From: Carcharhinus amblyrhynchos
Taxonomy: Eukaryota
Direction: 5' to 3'
Length of the DNA stretch: 64,000 nt
Assembly: GCA_965287045.1 (NCBI GenBank)
Contig: OZ336876.1
Coordinates: 22,196,001 to 22,260,000 of the forward strand
Of the stretch, positions 1 through 11,979 are shown piece after piece. Position 1 is the stretch's first letter. Each line of letters opens with the position of its first letter. The notes below the pieces were generated by a model. The model was not told the DNA's origin. It saw only the letters and a program-made list of their open reading frames with translations, and made no database searches. The position numbers and the translations under genes are program-made.

Positions 1-45
1 TAAGAACAGGCTAACATCTAACTCACAGTCACAGTCTGATATCCA

Positions 46-1045
46 TAGAAACATAAAAACTAGAAGCAGGAGTAGGCCATTTGGCTGTTCGAGCCTGCTC
101 CGCTATTCATCTTGATCATGGCTAATCATCAAATTCAATATCCTGATCATCCCTTACTCCCACACCCTTTGATCCCTTTAGCCTCAAGAGCTATACAGAA
201 ATCAGACAACGTTTTGACCTCAACTGCTTTCTGTGGTAGTGAATTCTACCCATTCACCACCCTCTGGGTGAAGAAATTTCTCCTCACCTCAGTTCTAAAA
301 GGTTTGCCTCTTATCCTCAAATTATGACCCCATTGGGAACATTCTTGCTGAATCTACCCTGTCAAACCCCGTTAGGATTTTATAAGTTTCTATGAGATCC
401 CCTCTCTCTCTGCTAAACACCAGTGAATATAATCCGAAATGACTTAATTTCTCCTCATATGACAGACCTGCCATCCCAGGAATCAGCCTGCTAAACCTTT
501 GCTGTACTCCCTCTATAGCAAAGATATCCTTCCTCAGATAAGGACACCAAAACTGCATTCAATACTTCAGGTGTGGCCTCACCAATGCCCGATACAATTG
601 CAGCAAAACATCCCTATCCTTATAGTCAAATCCTCTTGCTATGAAGGCCAACATATCACTTGCCTTCTTTATTGCTTGCTGCACCTGTGCACTTACTTTC
701 AGCGACTGATGCACAAGGATTTCAAGGTCTCATTGAGTATTCACCTCTCTCAATTTTTGCCCATTCAAGTAATAATCTGTCTTCCTTTATTCCTACCAAA
801 GTGGATAACCTCACGTTTATCCATATTATGCTGCATCTGCCATGTAGATACCCTCACAGCCTGTCCAAATCACACTGAAACATCTCGGCAGCCTCCTCAC
901 AGCTCACCCTCCCAGCCAACTTTGCGTTATTTTCAAATTTGGAGATAATACATTCAGTTCCTTCTTCCAAGTTGTTAATATATAATGTGAACAATTGGGA
1001 TTCTAGCACAGATCCCTGCGGATCTCCACCAGTCAGGAGTTGTTT
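46..1045 (-). mobile_element. CR1 LINE, 5'-truncated (RT C-terminal part and 3' UTR)
   Basis: Minus-strand peptides PQGSVLESQLFTLYINNL..SKF and QFWCPYLRKDIFAIEGVQQRFSRLIPGM; CR1-type tail complement (catagaaacat) at the left end; frameshifted. Confidence 0.9.
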
Positions 1046-1202
1046 ATTCTTGTTTCCCACTGGTCCTTCTTCCTTCCAGGTTTCTCAATGCCCCACCTCA
1101 TATCTGATTACGTTGTTTTGACCCATTTACACTGGGAGAGGTTACTTACAGTAAGATATGGGCCCAGATTGCACTGTGACTTGACTTGCATTGTTAAGAG
1201 TC

Positions 1203-1420
1203 TGTTGTAGGTAAAATAATACCTCTGAGACAGTGATTCAAAACACAGTGGTTTTTATTACAAAACTCTGGCGTCTTATTCCAGGATTTTGGGAGAAGTC
1301 TGGTAATCTATTATAAGGAAGCAGTTCCTCCCAAAATTCTGGAATAAGACGCCAGAGTTTTGTAATAAAAACCACTGTATTTTGACTCACTGTCTCAGAG
1401 GTATTATTTTACATACAACA
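1203..1420. mobile_element. Palindromic MITE-like element, ~93-bp inverted arms, TGTTG...CAACA ends, 4-bp TSD AGTC
   Basis: 1203-1295 is the near-perfect reverse complement of 1328-1420; AGTC at 1199-1202 and 1421-1424. Confidence 0.8.
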
Positions 1421-1902
1421 AGTCCAAAGGGTTGGATTTTCAACATATGCCAGAAAGGTGGAAAAAGTTGTCAGAATGGCCATACCACATCTGGTTGCCA
1501 GAAACATTGAATCATTGGGTGCAGTTTCAAAAACAGTGGGCTGAATGGCCTCCTTCTGTGTTATAAGATTCTAAGATTCTTATATCTTTTGTAAGTGTGA
1601 TCACTCTAAAGATCTGATTCCAGGTTTACTGCAAATCCATGACTGGAATGAAATCATTAAGTGGTTCAGTGGCTTTATTCTAGGGGAATAACCATAACTA
1701 CATACAAAGGGAGATTTGCAATTGCACTCTGAACTTTGCCTAATGAAGTCCAATGAATGTGTCCAATAATGTGTGCGATGATGGTAGATGACTGGCAATT
1801 TAGATGGGTGAATTAAATTCTTAAACTAATAGCGCGTCCTATGGAGTAGTGGGGCTAGAACAATTGCGCATCCACAAAGCGAACCTTCATGTCAATGCCA
1901 TC

Positions 1903-2856
1903 AGTTATGAGGACAGGTTGGAAAAACCTGGTCATTTTGTTAGAATTATATCTTTCGGGACAATATTTTGTTTTAAAATTTGGAAAGACATTGCATTACT
2001 TGGGACACTTGGATGAACAAACAGCTCACAAGTTCATCTTTCGACTAGAAAACTACGATTTCCAAAAAATCACCTGACCATCTTGGTGAGGGAAACTATT
2101 TGCTTGTTCGCACTACAATTATTTAAGTTGGGGGGGGGGGCATGAGCAGGGGGTGTGGAGTGCTGGTTTAAAGGCAAAAATTAATGATTTACTGGAAATC
2201 ACATGATACGACATGGATGAATATTTTTTGAACTTGTTTTTCAAATTCAGTTGGGACTGAACTGGGAAAGTGAACAGCGGTCCAACTCGCATTCTTTCTG
2301 AATTACCCAAAGTAGAATGGCTAACAGTATCCAGCCAGGAATCTTCATCTCAGGAGAACTTGTCTCAGTAGAACCCGAGAGGCTGAGTCAAGGAGGATTG
2401 ATCCAGCTCTATTTCCCTCCACACCAAAGGTCCATTGCTGAGAACTTCTAGGCAGCTGCTGGGTCAAGCAATCTGTCTTCACAAGTGGGAACACCAGATC
2501 AACAGTATCAATATCCTGTGAACTTTATCTTTTAGTTTGCCAAAATCTATTCTCTAAAGCCAATCTCTGCAGAGGCATTAAATGTGTGTGTGTTTGAAAG
2601 GAATAGATAGTTGTACTTCCAGATAACATTTTATACTAAGTTTTTCTTGTAACTTCTTTTTTTTAAATGTTTTATAATTAGGCAATCATTCTGAGCTTAT
2701 TTAAAGAAGCCTGGTTAAAATCTGTTTTATTCTGGACGCAGTGAAGGTAGATGACTGGTAATTTAGATGGGCGAATTAAACTCTTAAATTAATAATGAGC
2801 CCTGTGGAGTAGTGGGGCTAGAACAATGGTGCAATACTCCCATCCTGGTTATAACG
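1903..2856 (+). mobile_element. Probable degenerate solo LTR
   Basis: Starts (a)gttatga and ends gttataac, resembling decayed TG...CA ends; non-coding; part of its 3' region (2746-2830) recurs at 1782-1870. Confidence 0.45.
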
Positions 2857-4372
2857 ACTTCAGCTCAAAAGGAGGCATCAGAGAAATGTCTTTTGTGAGG
2901 TAAGAAGTAGTGAGTGGCTGGAAAAGATCAGTGTCCAATACTTCTTTAAAGGGAATAGACAAGGGGACGTGTGTTGGGGCTAATAAAAAATAACTTTTAG
3001 ACCAAATCTGGAGATTCTTCTTCATGTAGAGAGTGATCAGCACCTGGTACAGATTTCTAAGCAAAAGGGTGAAAGTGAAAAGGTCTGAATCGCTCATTGA
3101 AACAACTAAATGCAGCAATGGGTTTGCATTGGGTTATTCTGGATAATAAGGTACGTTGAATGACCTTGGTCGTCCGTTTATATCTTGTCATCTTGCCTAG
3201 TCTCGTGATGAGCAGTTTGTATCATCTGCACACGTCAACAGTGTTCCCACTGTGGTGATGACTAATAACCTTCTAAAAGTTACCTTTTCAAAATATTGCA
3301 ACAAATACACAGAAATATTGAAGTGTTTTCAGACCTCAGTAAAACATGAAATATTTATTTTTAAGAAAATTCTTCCCCCACCATTTGATTGAAACATTAT
3401 CGTTTTAAAAATCAAAAATCATTAAAATAAGACACAACTTGTTTGGTAGAGTACTTCAAACATTTAACTTACCAGAAAATTCTGATTAGGTGGAGGTACG
3501 ATTAAAATGCAATTATTTTAATGATAATAAAGGACCCAAAGTGAGTGGGGTATAATTCAGGAGGTTCAATGTTCAGAATGGTTGCATTAAGCACAAGTCG
3601 ATTACCCAGTATGATAATAGACATTATACGATAATTTATGTTACTAATAAATATTTCTGGAGCACTTTATAACGTGTTTGGTTTCAGGCACAGGGATTAA
3701 CAAGCCATTTCTGCTTAAAGTCTCATGACATTCTTGTCAAGACACAAGCAATAGATGGAGCTGCTCCCACAGACAGTTAAACAGGAAACCAGATTTTAAA
3801 GAGATGTTTAAAATAAACACATTTATGTTATGGTGCTGTAATGCAGTGGTGCATGACTGAGATAGGTAGAAATTTGTGTGTAAGATGGTCACACCCCTGC
3901 ACAGCAGGCTACACGCCATATCAGTCTGGGAAACTTTTTTAACCTACTGTTGACCCCTGTTCGTAATGATCAAAGATTAGGTTGTGAAGGAAACAAGTTA
4001 TGGTTGTTTATTGATTGTAGTAGCCCATTACTATATTTATAAACTACATAACCTTTATTATTCTTCAGCTTCATTCATTAGTAAAACTCCTAGTCAGCAT
4101 CCTAATTACAATTGATCTGTCGTAGTTATTAACTTTAAATTGTCGATAAACTAGTTGAGCTAAAGGAATATAAGTCATTGAGGTCGTGTAGCCCAGTTCT
4201 CAGGCTCTTAACTAGGGATGCTGTCGGCTAGAGCTAATGGAATGAAGGTGAAAGAAAGAGGTTACAGACCAGAATCATGAAACTGTGTCTGCTCCTCCTG
4301 ATTCACAAGCAGTACTGTAAAAAAAAACTTTCGTTGGAGCTGGAATTTACATCTCATTAACATGATATAATA

Positions 4373-4705
4373 AGAACAAAGAACAAAGAACAAAATCAGC
4401 CTGGGAAACAGGCCCTTTGGCCCAACGAGCCCGCGCCGCCATCTCAACACCACCAGTCCCCCTACTCCACCCACGACCTCTGTCTAATGTTTTATGGCCA
4501 TCCAGATTGAGGGAAACTGATTTAGGGACAACTTATTCCTGCCAATCAGCCTAACCGCACATCTTTGGGGTGTGGGAGGAAACCGGAGCACCCGGAGAAA
4601 ACCCACGCAAGCACGAGGAGGATGTGCAAACTCCCACAGACACCGGCCCAAATCCATGTATCTGCACAGCAATCAGCGATAGTCACTGAGCTGTCGTGTT
4701 GCCCA
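4373..4705 (-). mobile_element. tRNA-derived HE1/V-like SINE with (TTCTTTG)n CR1-type tail
   Basis: Reverse complement carries the gggttttctccgggtgctccggtttcctcccaca core; tail agaacaaagaacaaagaac. Confidence 0.85.
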
Positions 4706-5249
4706 GTATCTGGTCCAGTTTAGGCACCCTAACGATATGAAGCACTAGGCTATCTCTCCAGCAGGCATTACTTAGGCGTCTCTGAAACCCACTGAGGTTA
4801 AACCAAAAGCAGAAGTATTCATGATTGGTTGGTTCCGGGTTTCCTGTACTTGCTGACTTATCCAGCTCAATTTGGAAATATTGGAAATAACCTCTTGCAT
4901 CCCTGGAGGTTGAGCTGGATTAGACGGTCTGATGGGATTCTTGGCCACCAGTTGGAGCATCGATGGGAAACCCCTGTCAGTTCCATTGGGTGGGGGTGGA
5001 GGGAGGTGGGAGTAGTCCTGACAGTTTTAAGTTTCCATCAGGCACTTAAGTGGTCACTGTTGTATCTTTCCCAGGCTTCAGGACCTTGGTGGTGAGTGCC
5101 TTGTCAGTCAGTCGGAGGCCAGCATGTCTCCATTGCTCATCAGCACTGCCAAAAATGGTGGCAGCTGCTGGCAGTGCAACCATCAGAGGCCTAGGATCAC
5201 AGAGGATCCCCAGGTCAAAGGTGACTGAGGGCCAGCTGGGGAATGCAGG

Positions 5250-6225
5250 GACACAATACTCTAAATGATGCCTAACTAAGGTACTGTACAGCTGCAGCAT
5301 GACCTTCCAAATTTTATACTGAATGCCCTGACTGATGAAGGCAAGCATGCTGCATGCCTTCTTGACTACTTTATCCACCGCCACAGTCACTTTCAGTGAT
5401 CGGTGGACATGTATGCCTAGATCTCGCTGCCTGTCAGTACCCTGAAGGGCTCTACCTTTTACTGCATTGGACCTTCCAAACTGCATCATCTCACGCTTGT
5501 CCAGATTAAACTCCATCTGCCATTTCTCCGCCCAAGTCTCCAACTGGTCTATATCTTGCTGTATCCTATAAGAATCCTCTTTACTATCCGCAACTCCACC
5601 AATTTTTGTGTTGTCTGCGAACTTACTAATAAGACCAGCTATATTTTCCTTCAAGTTATTTACGTATACTACAAACCACACAGGTCCCAGAACTGATCCC
5701 TGTGGAACACCGCTAGTCACAGCCTTCCGTTTAGAAGAACACTCCTCTACTGCAATCCTCTGTCTTCTGTAGCCAAGCCAGTTCTGTATCCATCTTGCCA
5801 GATCTCCTCTGATTGTACCAGTCTACCATGAGATACCTTGGCAAAAGCTTTTCTGAAGTCCATGTATACAACATCCACTGCCTTTTCCTCATCTATCATC
5901 CTTGTCACTTTCTCGAAAAACTCAATCAAGTTAGTGGGGCACGAACTCCCCTTCACAAAATTATGCTATTACTAATAAGTCCATTTGTCTCCAAATGTGA
6001 GTAAATCCTACAAACCTTCTCCAATAATTTCCCCACCACTGACTTAAGGCTCACTGCCTATAATTTCCTGGATTAACCCTGCTGCCCTTCTTAAACAATG
6101 GAACAACACTGGCTATCCTTTTGTCCTCTGTCAAGGCCCCAGCAATTTCCATCCTTGCCTCCCTTACTATTCTGGGGTAGATCCCATCAGGCCCTGGGGA
6201 CTTATCTACTTTAATGCTTTAACTG
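5250..6225 (-). mobile_element. CR1 RT fragment
   Basis: ORFs 5046-5720 and 5747-5956: SGVPQGSVLGP, SKFADNTKIGG, YMDFRKAFAKV. Confidence 0.9.
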
Positions 6226-6294
6226 GACATATTCCTGTGGTGAAGGCAGAAGGTAAAATATTGTGATTTTTTTTAAGAAGTTATTAATGAAATG

Positions 6295-6542
6295 ATCATT
6301 GCCTATGTGGAGTTTGCATGTTCTATCCATGTCTGTGTGAGTTTGCATGTCCTGTCCATATGTGTGTGGTTTCCTCCGGGTGCTCCAGTTTCCTCCCACA
6401 GTCCAAAGATTGCAGGTTAGGAGAATTGCTATGCTAAATTGCCCCTGATTGTCAGGGAGACTAGCAGGGTAAGTGTTTGGGGTTGCAGGGATATCGGCTG
6501 GGTGGGATTGTTAACAGTGCAGTAGGGATTCTATGATTCTAT
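6295..6542 (+). mobile_element. HE1/V-like SINE (5'-truncated)
   Basis: gtggagtttgcatgttct...ggtttcctccgggtgctccagtttcctcccacagtccaaagat; tail gggattctatgattctat. Confidence 0.85.
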
Positions 6543-7079
6543 AACTTTAAAATATACTAATTAGTCAGTTAAGAACACTCTAGGAACATAGAATTATTTT
6601 TACTGGGCCAGTTCCATTGTTCATTAAATTTCATTGATCATAATGCCATTAAAAAACCCAGTTATAAGTGAGTGAAGCAGGTGTAAGTTTTAAAAAGAGT
6701 TTTGAACAGGAATTTGGGAGCAGGAAGGTTTAAGTTCTCACTGATTGAAGTGATTACTGGCTGAGGAGGTGTGGATCTGCACCACAGCCTGTGCTGGAGT
6801 GATGCAGTGCAATTGCAGGATTTATGTGTCCAGCCTGACATCCTGGGGTTGCAGTCAGCTTTGGAGTATGAGTGACAGTGCATGCAGCCAGTTCGGCTTC
6901 AACCCCCTTCCCACATCTGCCCTGTTAAAGCCAGGTGCCCACTTTCCAACCGTCCAAAGCCTATAAAATGGCAAAGGAAACCAGGCAGACAAAAATGGAG
7001 TGAATATTAAGGCAAAAAAGAAGAAAAATATCACTTGCAATTGAACATGTCTACTTTCTGGCTGTTACAAAGGACACAT

Positions 7080-7280
7080 TGGGTGAGATTTTCTGACCTT
7101 TCCCATTGGCAGGGTTTTCTGCTCTCACTGAAGGTGACCCCGCCAGAGTGGATCGAGTAGGCTGTACAAAATGCCGTAGGCTTTGGTGGGACCATAAGGT
7201 TCTACTGACGGCCACTTCTGCTGCTGGAAAACACACGATGTGGGGGCGCGGGGAAGGGGGGGGGTGTGGTGTGGGGGGTG
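7080..7280. mobile_element. PIF/Harbinger-type MITE (degenerate)
   Basis: Ends gggtgagattttct ... ggaaaattcagg resemble the GGG.G.ATTTTCC TIR seen in several copies in this window. Confidence 0.5.
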
Positions 7281-7715
7281 GAGGGGCTGGAAAATTCAGG
7301 TTGGCTCATGTAAAGAGCCTATTGTCTCTGAAATCCTGCCCAAAAAGCAAAGTGAGGAGCAACATCATTAGGAGAAACAATGAAAACAGACATTGAAATC
7401 CAAGAAAGAGACAAGGCTTTAATGGAAAAAGTCAAAAATTGGAAGATTGTGTCCTTAAAATGCAATAACAATCATAATGCTCCTCTAATATTTTAAACAA
7501 AATTCACTTATTGTTCACGTAAAATAAAGTGTTTCAGAAATAAATGGTGATTCTGGACTGATAGTGGACTGTCAGAAAAGACATTTTTTTCCCCAATTAC
7601 TATTAGATTTTAGATCAAAATCACAATTTGGAAGTAAAGTCAATTTTGATGAATACAAAATCATTTTCAATTTTTTAACCACTTTTCGGATTTCAGCCTG
7701 TTGTTTTCACCTTTA

Positions 7716-7842
7716 AGGCAAAATATTCCTGTTCCACCCACCAGGGGAATTGTAGTGGGTGGGATACAGGCCATGCAAAGATCTATTTACCTCGGGTGGG
7801 ATTTTCCGGTTTTGGGGTAGGCGTGGCCAGAAACTCCCGCCC
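7716..7842. mobile_element. PIF/Harbinger-type MITE with TTA TSD
   Basis: aggcaaaatattcc ... gaaactcccgccc with TTA on both sides; a 3-bp TTA/TAA TSD is typical of PIF/Harbinger. Confidence 0.6.
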
Positions 7843-9174
7843 TTAATATTTTACATATTTCAGATTCTTGTTGATATTTCCCTTTTCCCTTAAAGAGCAA
7901 CAAACTGGGGGTAATTCGTGTTAACAAGAAGGGAATTTGGAAGCGATGGAATTAGTGAGAGTGTATATTAGGAATGATTAAAACCATATATGAATTTTAA
8001 ATGTTTGTAAACATGCATTTTACTTTACAAACTGAAACTAGCCTTTCTCCACTGAATGGTGTCTCCTTGGCTTGTTATAGGGTGCAAACTTACCCAGTTG
8101 ACAAGGCCCAATAAAGCATGCTCCTGCTATGATGAAGAAAGTCGGAGAGAAGGTCAAGGGAATAGGCAAGTAGTGACAGCAAGTCTGGGAAGAGAAGACT
8201 GAGGAAGGTGAGGATCCTGGGAAAAATACGACAGGAAATGATGCAATGAGTCTTGCTTGCAACAAAGAGAGGATACAGGAGGCGGAAATGTGTGTAGGTG
8301 TGTTTGAACCCTAGACAAAAGAAATGAAGGAATGTTCAGGCTATCAGGGACGGTAACTGTATCGATAAAGTAGAGGCAGATACTTCCAGTAATATGTTAA
8401 CTGTACATATTAAGAGGCCAATACCAAAAGATTAAGAAGGGATAAGCGATAGCTGGACATCAGTTCTTGCTACTTTAAGTGCATCTTTCTGAAGTAGAAT
8501 ATTCTGATTCTTAAAAAGTGTCCCCAATCACAAGTCAAAGTGCCAAAGTACACTTGAAACATTCAAGAGATATTTTACTAAATGCTAAAGGATTGACAGA
8601 CCGGGGAAATAACTTTTCCTTTTAAAAACTGATGAAAGGCTATATCAAAGCTTCAAAGATTGAAGAAAAGCATAAAAAAGCATTGAGTCTTGTCATGTAC
8701 TGCCGTTTAGGGTCATGACTTGACCTGTTGATATTTCTAAACGTTTGTATGTAAGTCATTCATGACCCCAACCCACAAGGAGCTCTCAGCCATGTTATTT
8801 TAGAACCTGCTGACAGTCATGGCTTAAAACCTGTAATACTTGGTGGGTGTGGCCTTTTCTCAGGTCACCTTCATGCTGCAGAGCCCCAGTCGCTATCGAT
8901 GTGCTGAGAAATTCTTTGAACTGCTGATGGTTGAAGAATTCTAATTGAAGTAACAATAAACACCAGAGAGATTACACAGATTTCGAATCAGCAAATAGTT
9001 GCATGCTGTTAGTAAAAATTTAATTCCCAAGGTTTTCATGTTGTCATGAATGCGAGAACCATATCTTTCCCTGTCACAGTACTTAGCTAACATTTCAAAT
9101 TTGCCTTTGTCTTGCTTCAAAAGTGGAATTTAAAAAATAACAAAAAGTCAATCTCTGATTTGTGTTTTTTGCAG

Positions 9175-9231
9175 GATTCTGCATTAGACAATCCAGAAAA
9201 ACATTTTTCAGCTGTGCTATGGAGGGTCCAA
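9175..9231 (+). CDS. Candidate internal coding exon of an unidentified host gene (DSALDNPEKHFSAVLWRVQ)
   Basis: Strong acceptor tgtgttttttgcag|, donor CAA|gtaagt, 57 nt (phase 0-0), open frame, in non-repeat sequence. Confidence 0.55.
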
Positions 9232-9261
9232 GTAAGTGATGTAGGGCAACACGAGATAGCA

Positions 9262-9340
9262 AAACTGAACATGCTGGAAAATCTCAGCAGGTCTGGCAAC
9301 CTCTGTGAGGAGAGAAAATTTCTGACATTTCAAATCCAGA
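9262..9340 (-). mobile_element. Penelope-like terminal repeat relic
   Basis: atgctggaaaatctcagcaggtctggcaacctctgtg matches the copy at 36615-36727, which carries a hammerhead core. Confidence 0.5.
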
Positions 9341-9379
9341 TGGCCAGATAGCAGACACTGCTGCTACAAATATTCTGTT

Positions 9380-11120
9380 TCTACAAATATATGAAATGAA
9401 AAAGAGTGGCGAAAGTAAATATTGGTCCTTTAGAGGACGAGAAGGGAGATGTAATAATTGGAAATGAGAAAGTGGCTGAGGCATTGAACAGGTATTTTGT
9501 GTCTGTTTTCACAGTGGAAGACACAAATAACCTGCCAAAAATTGATGACAGGAAGGCTATGGCAGGTGAGAACCTAGAAACTATCATTATCATGAAGGAG
9601 GTAGTGTTGGGCAAGTTAATGGGGCTAAAGGTAGACAAGTCTCCTGGTCCTGATGGAATGCACCCCAGGGTACTAAAAGAAATGGCAGGAGAAATAGCAA
9701 ATGCACTAGTGGTAATTTACCAAAATTCGCTGGACTTTGGGGTGGTTCCCGCAGGTTGGAAAACAGCAAATGTGATGCCACATTGCTAGAGGGGTAAAGT
9801 TTAAAAAAGGAGGTAGACAAAAAGCAGGTAACTATAGGTCGGTTAGCTTAACTTCTGTAGTAGGGAAAATGCTTGAATCTATCATCAAGGAAGAAATAGT
9901 GAGACATCTGGATATAAATTGTCCCATTGGTAAGACGCAGCATGGGTTCATGAAGGGCAGGTCATGTTTGGCTAATTTGCTGGAATTCTTTGGGAACATT
10001 ATATGTGCAGTGGACAATGGGGAACATGTGGATGTGGTGTATCTGGATTTCCAGAAGGCATTTGACAAGGTGCTGCACCAAAAACTGCTATATAAGATAA
10101 ACGTGCACAGTGTGATGGGTAACCTATTAGCATGGATAGAAGATTGGTTAACTAACAAAAAGCAAAGAGTGGAGGTAACTGAATGGTTTTCTGGTGTGCC
10201 TCAGGGATCAGTGTTGGGACTGCAATTGTTTACGATTTACACAGATGATTTGGAGTTGGGGACCAAGTGTAGTATGACAAAATTTGTAGATGACACTAAG
10301 ATGGGTGGAAGAGCAAAGTGTGCAGAGGACACTGAAAGTCTGCAAAGGGATATAGATAATCTAAGTGAGTAGGCGAGGGTCTGGCAGATGGAGTACAATG
10401 TTGGTAAATGTGAGGTCATTCATTTTGGTAGGAATAACAGCAAAATGGATTATTATTTAAATGGTAAAAAATTGTAGCATGCTACTGTGCAGAGGGACCT
10501 GGGTGTTCTTGTACAGGAATCTCAAGGAATTGGTTTGCAGGTTTGCAGGTAACTAAGAAGGCAAATAGAATTTTGTCCTTCATTGCTAGAGGGATGGAGT
10601 TTAAAAACAGTGAGGTTATGTTGCAGCTGTACAAGGTGTTGGTGAGGCTAGGTTGATTCCAGATTTGAGAGGGTTGGCTTATGAGGAGAGACTGAGTAGA
10701 CTGGGGCTATATTCTTTGGAATTCAGAAGAATGAGAGGAGATCTTATAGAAATATCTAAGATTATGAAGGGAATAGATAAGGTAGAAGCAGGTAGGTTGT
10801 TTCCACTGGCAAGTGAAACTCGAACTAGGGGGTATAGTTTCAAAATAAGGGGAAGCAGATTTAATTCTGAGTTGAGGAGGAACTTATTCACACAAAGGGT
10901 TGTGAATCTGTGGAATTCCCTGCCCTGTGAAGCAATTGAGGCTACCTCATTGAATGTTTTTAAGGCAAGGATAGATACATTTTTGAACAGTAAATAAATT
11001 AAGAGTAATGGTGAGCGGGAGGGTAAGTGAATCTGAGTCCACAAAAAGATCAGCCATTGAATGGTGGAGCAGGCTCGAGGGGCCAGATAGTGTACTCCTG
11101 CTCCTAGTTCTTATATTCTT
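9380..11120 (+). mobile_element. CR1 LINE, 5'-truncated, disrupted RT
   Basis: DKSPGPDGMHPRVLKE, YLDFQKAFDKV, GVPQGSVLG, TKFVDDTK; internal deletions; 3' UTR and ttcttat tail. Confidence 0.93.
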
Positions 11121-11124
11121 ATTA

Positions 11125-11362
11125 TCATAGAATCCCACAGTGCAGAAGGAGGCCATTCGGCCCATTGAGTCTGCACCAACAACAATCCCACCCAGGCCCT
11201 ATCCCCACAGCTCCATACATTTACCCTAGCTAGTCCCCCTGACACTAAGGGGCAAGTTAGTATCCACCTAACCCGCACATCTTTGGACTGTGGGAAGAAA
11301 CCGGAGCACCCAGAGGAAATCCACACAGACATGGGGAGAATGCGCAAACTCCACACAGACAA
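11125..11362 (-). mobile_element. HE1/V-like SINE
   Basis: Tail complement tcatagaatccc followed by the V-like core ctgtgggaagaaaccggagcaccc. Confidence 0.88.
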
Positions 11363-11979
11363 TAACAATATTCCTAGATCATATCAGATTTTTCTTATCT
11401 AAGTATAAAACGTACAGTGAAAAGTTCTGAGTGGAGGTCTATTACCCAGACAAATAGGATTAAAAACAAGACTTGTTTCTAAGTGTGAGTTAGATGTTCA
11501 GCACACTTTGCAAGAAATAGTTTGGATTTCTATCTAGTAACCCATTTTGGTAACTGAACACAAGTTGACTTCAAATATTTTACCTTTGTGTTGATAATCC
11601 CTCCATGAACAGACTGCTAAATTTAACAGAAGTCTTACTTGAGAACCCCTTTTTGTGACCCTATATAATAAGCCATCATCCAGTTGCTATGTTAAAAGTG
11701 CAATCAAAAGTTGGAGTCTGATCATCTTAGAGCAGATTAAAACTTGAAATCTTACTCTTCATAAAATTACAGTTTATGGTGTTATCCACAAGATCAAAAT
11801 TACAATTTCAGTAAGCCAGAGTCTAGAATTAGACCTTGTCTTGCAATCCATTTTATAACTAACACAGGTGTATAGTCTTGAAACTACTGTTTTCTAAATG
11901 CTCAATGTGTCCATGAGCTATTTCTTGTCAACTATTATAAAATAATAGAATTGCAGGATTTCAAGGTGAAGCCTTCCAT

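Noticed and set aside
6855-7040. Minus-strand acceptor (ttttatag) and short ORF
   Set aside because: All frames close quickly, no convincing donor, and the sequence looks repeat-derived.
8711-8756. Possible exon (tttag|...|gtaagt)
   Set aside because: Stop codons in all three frames.
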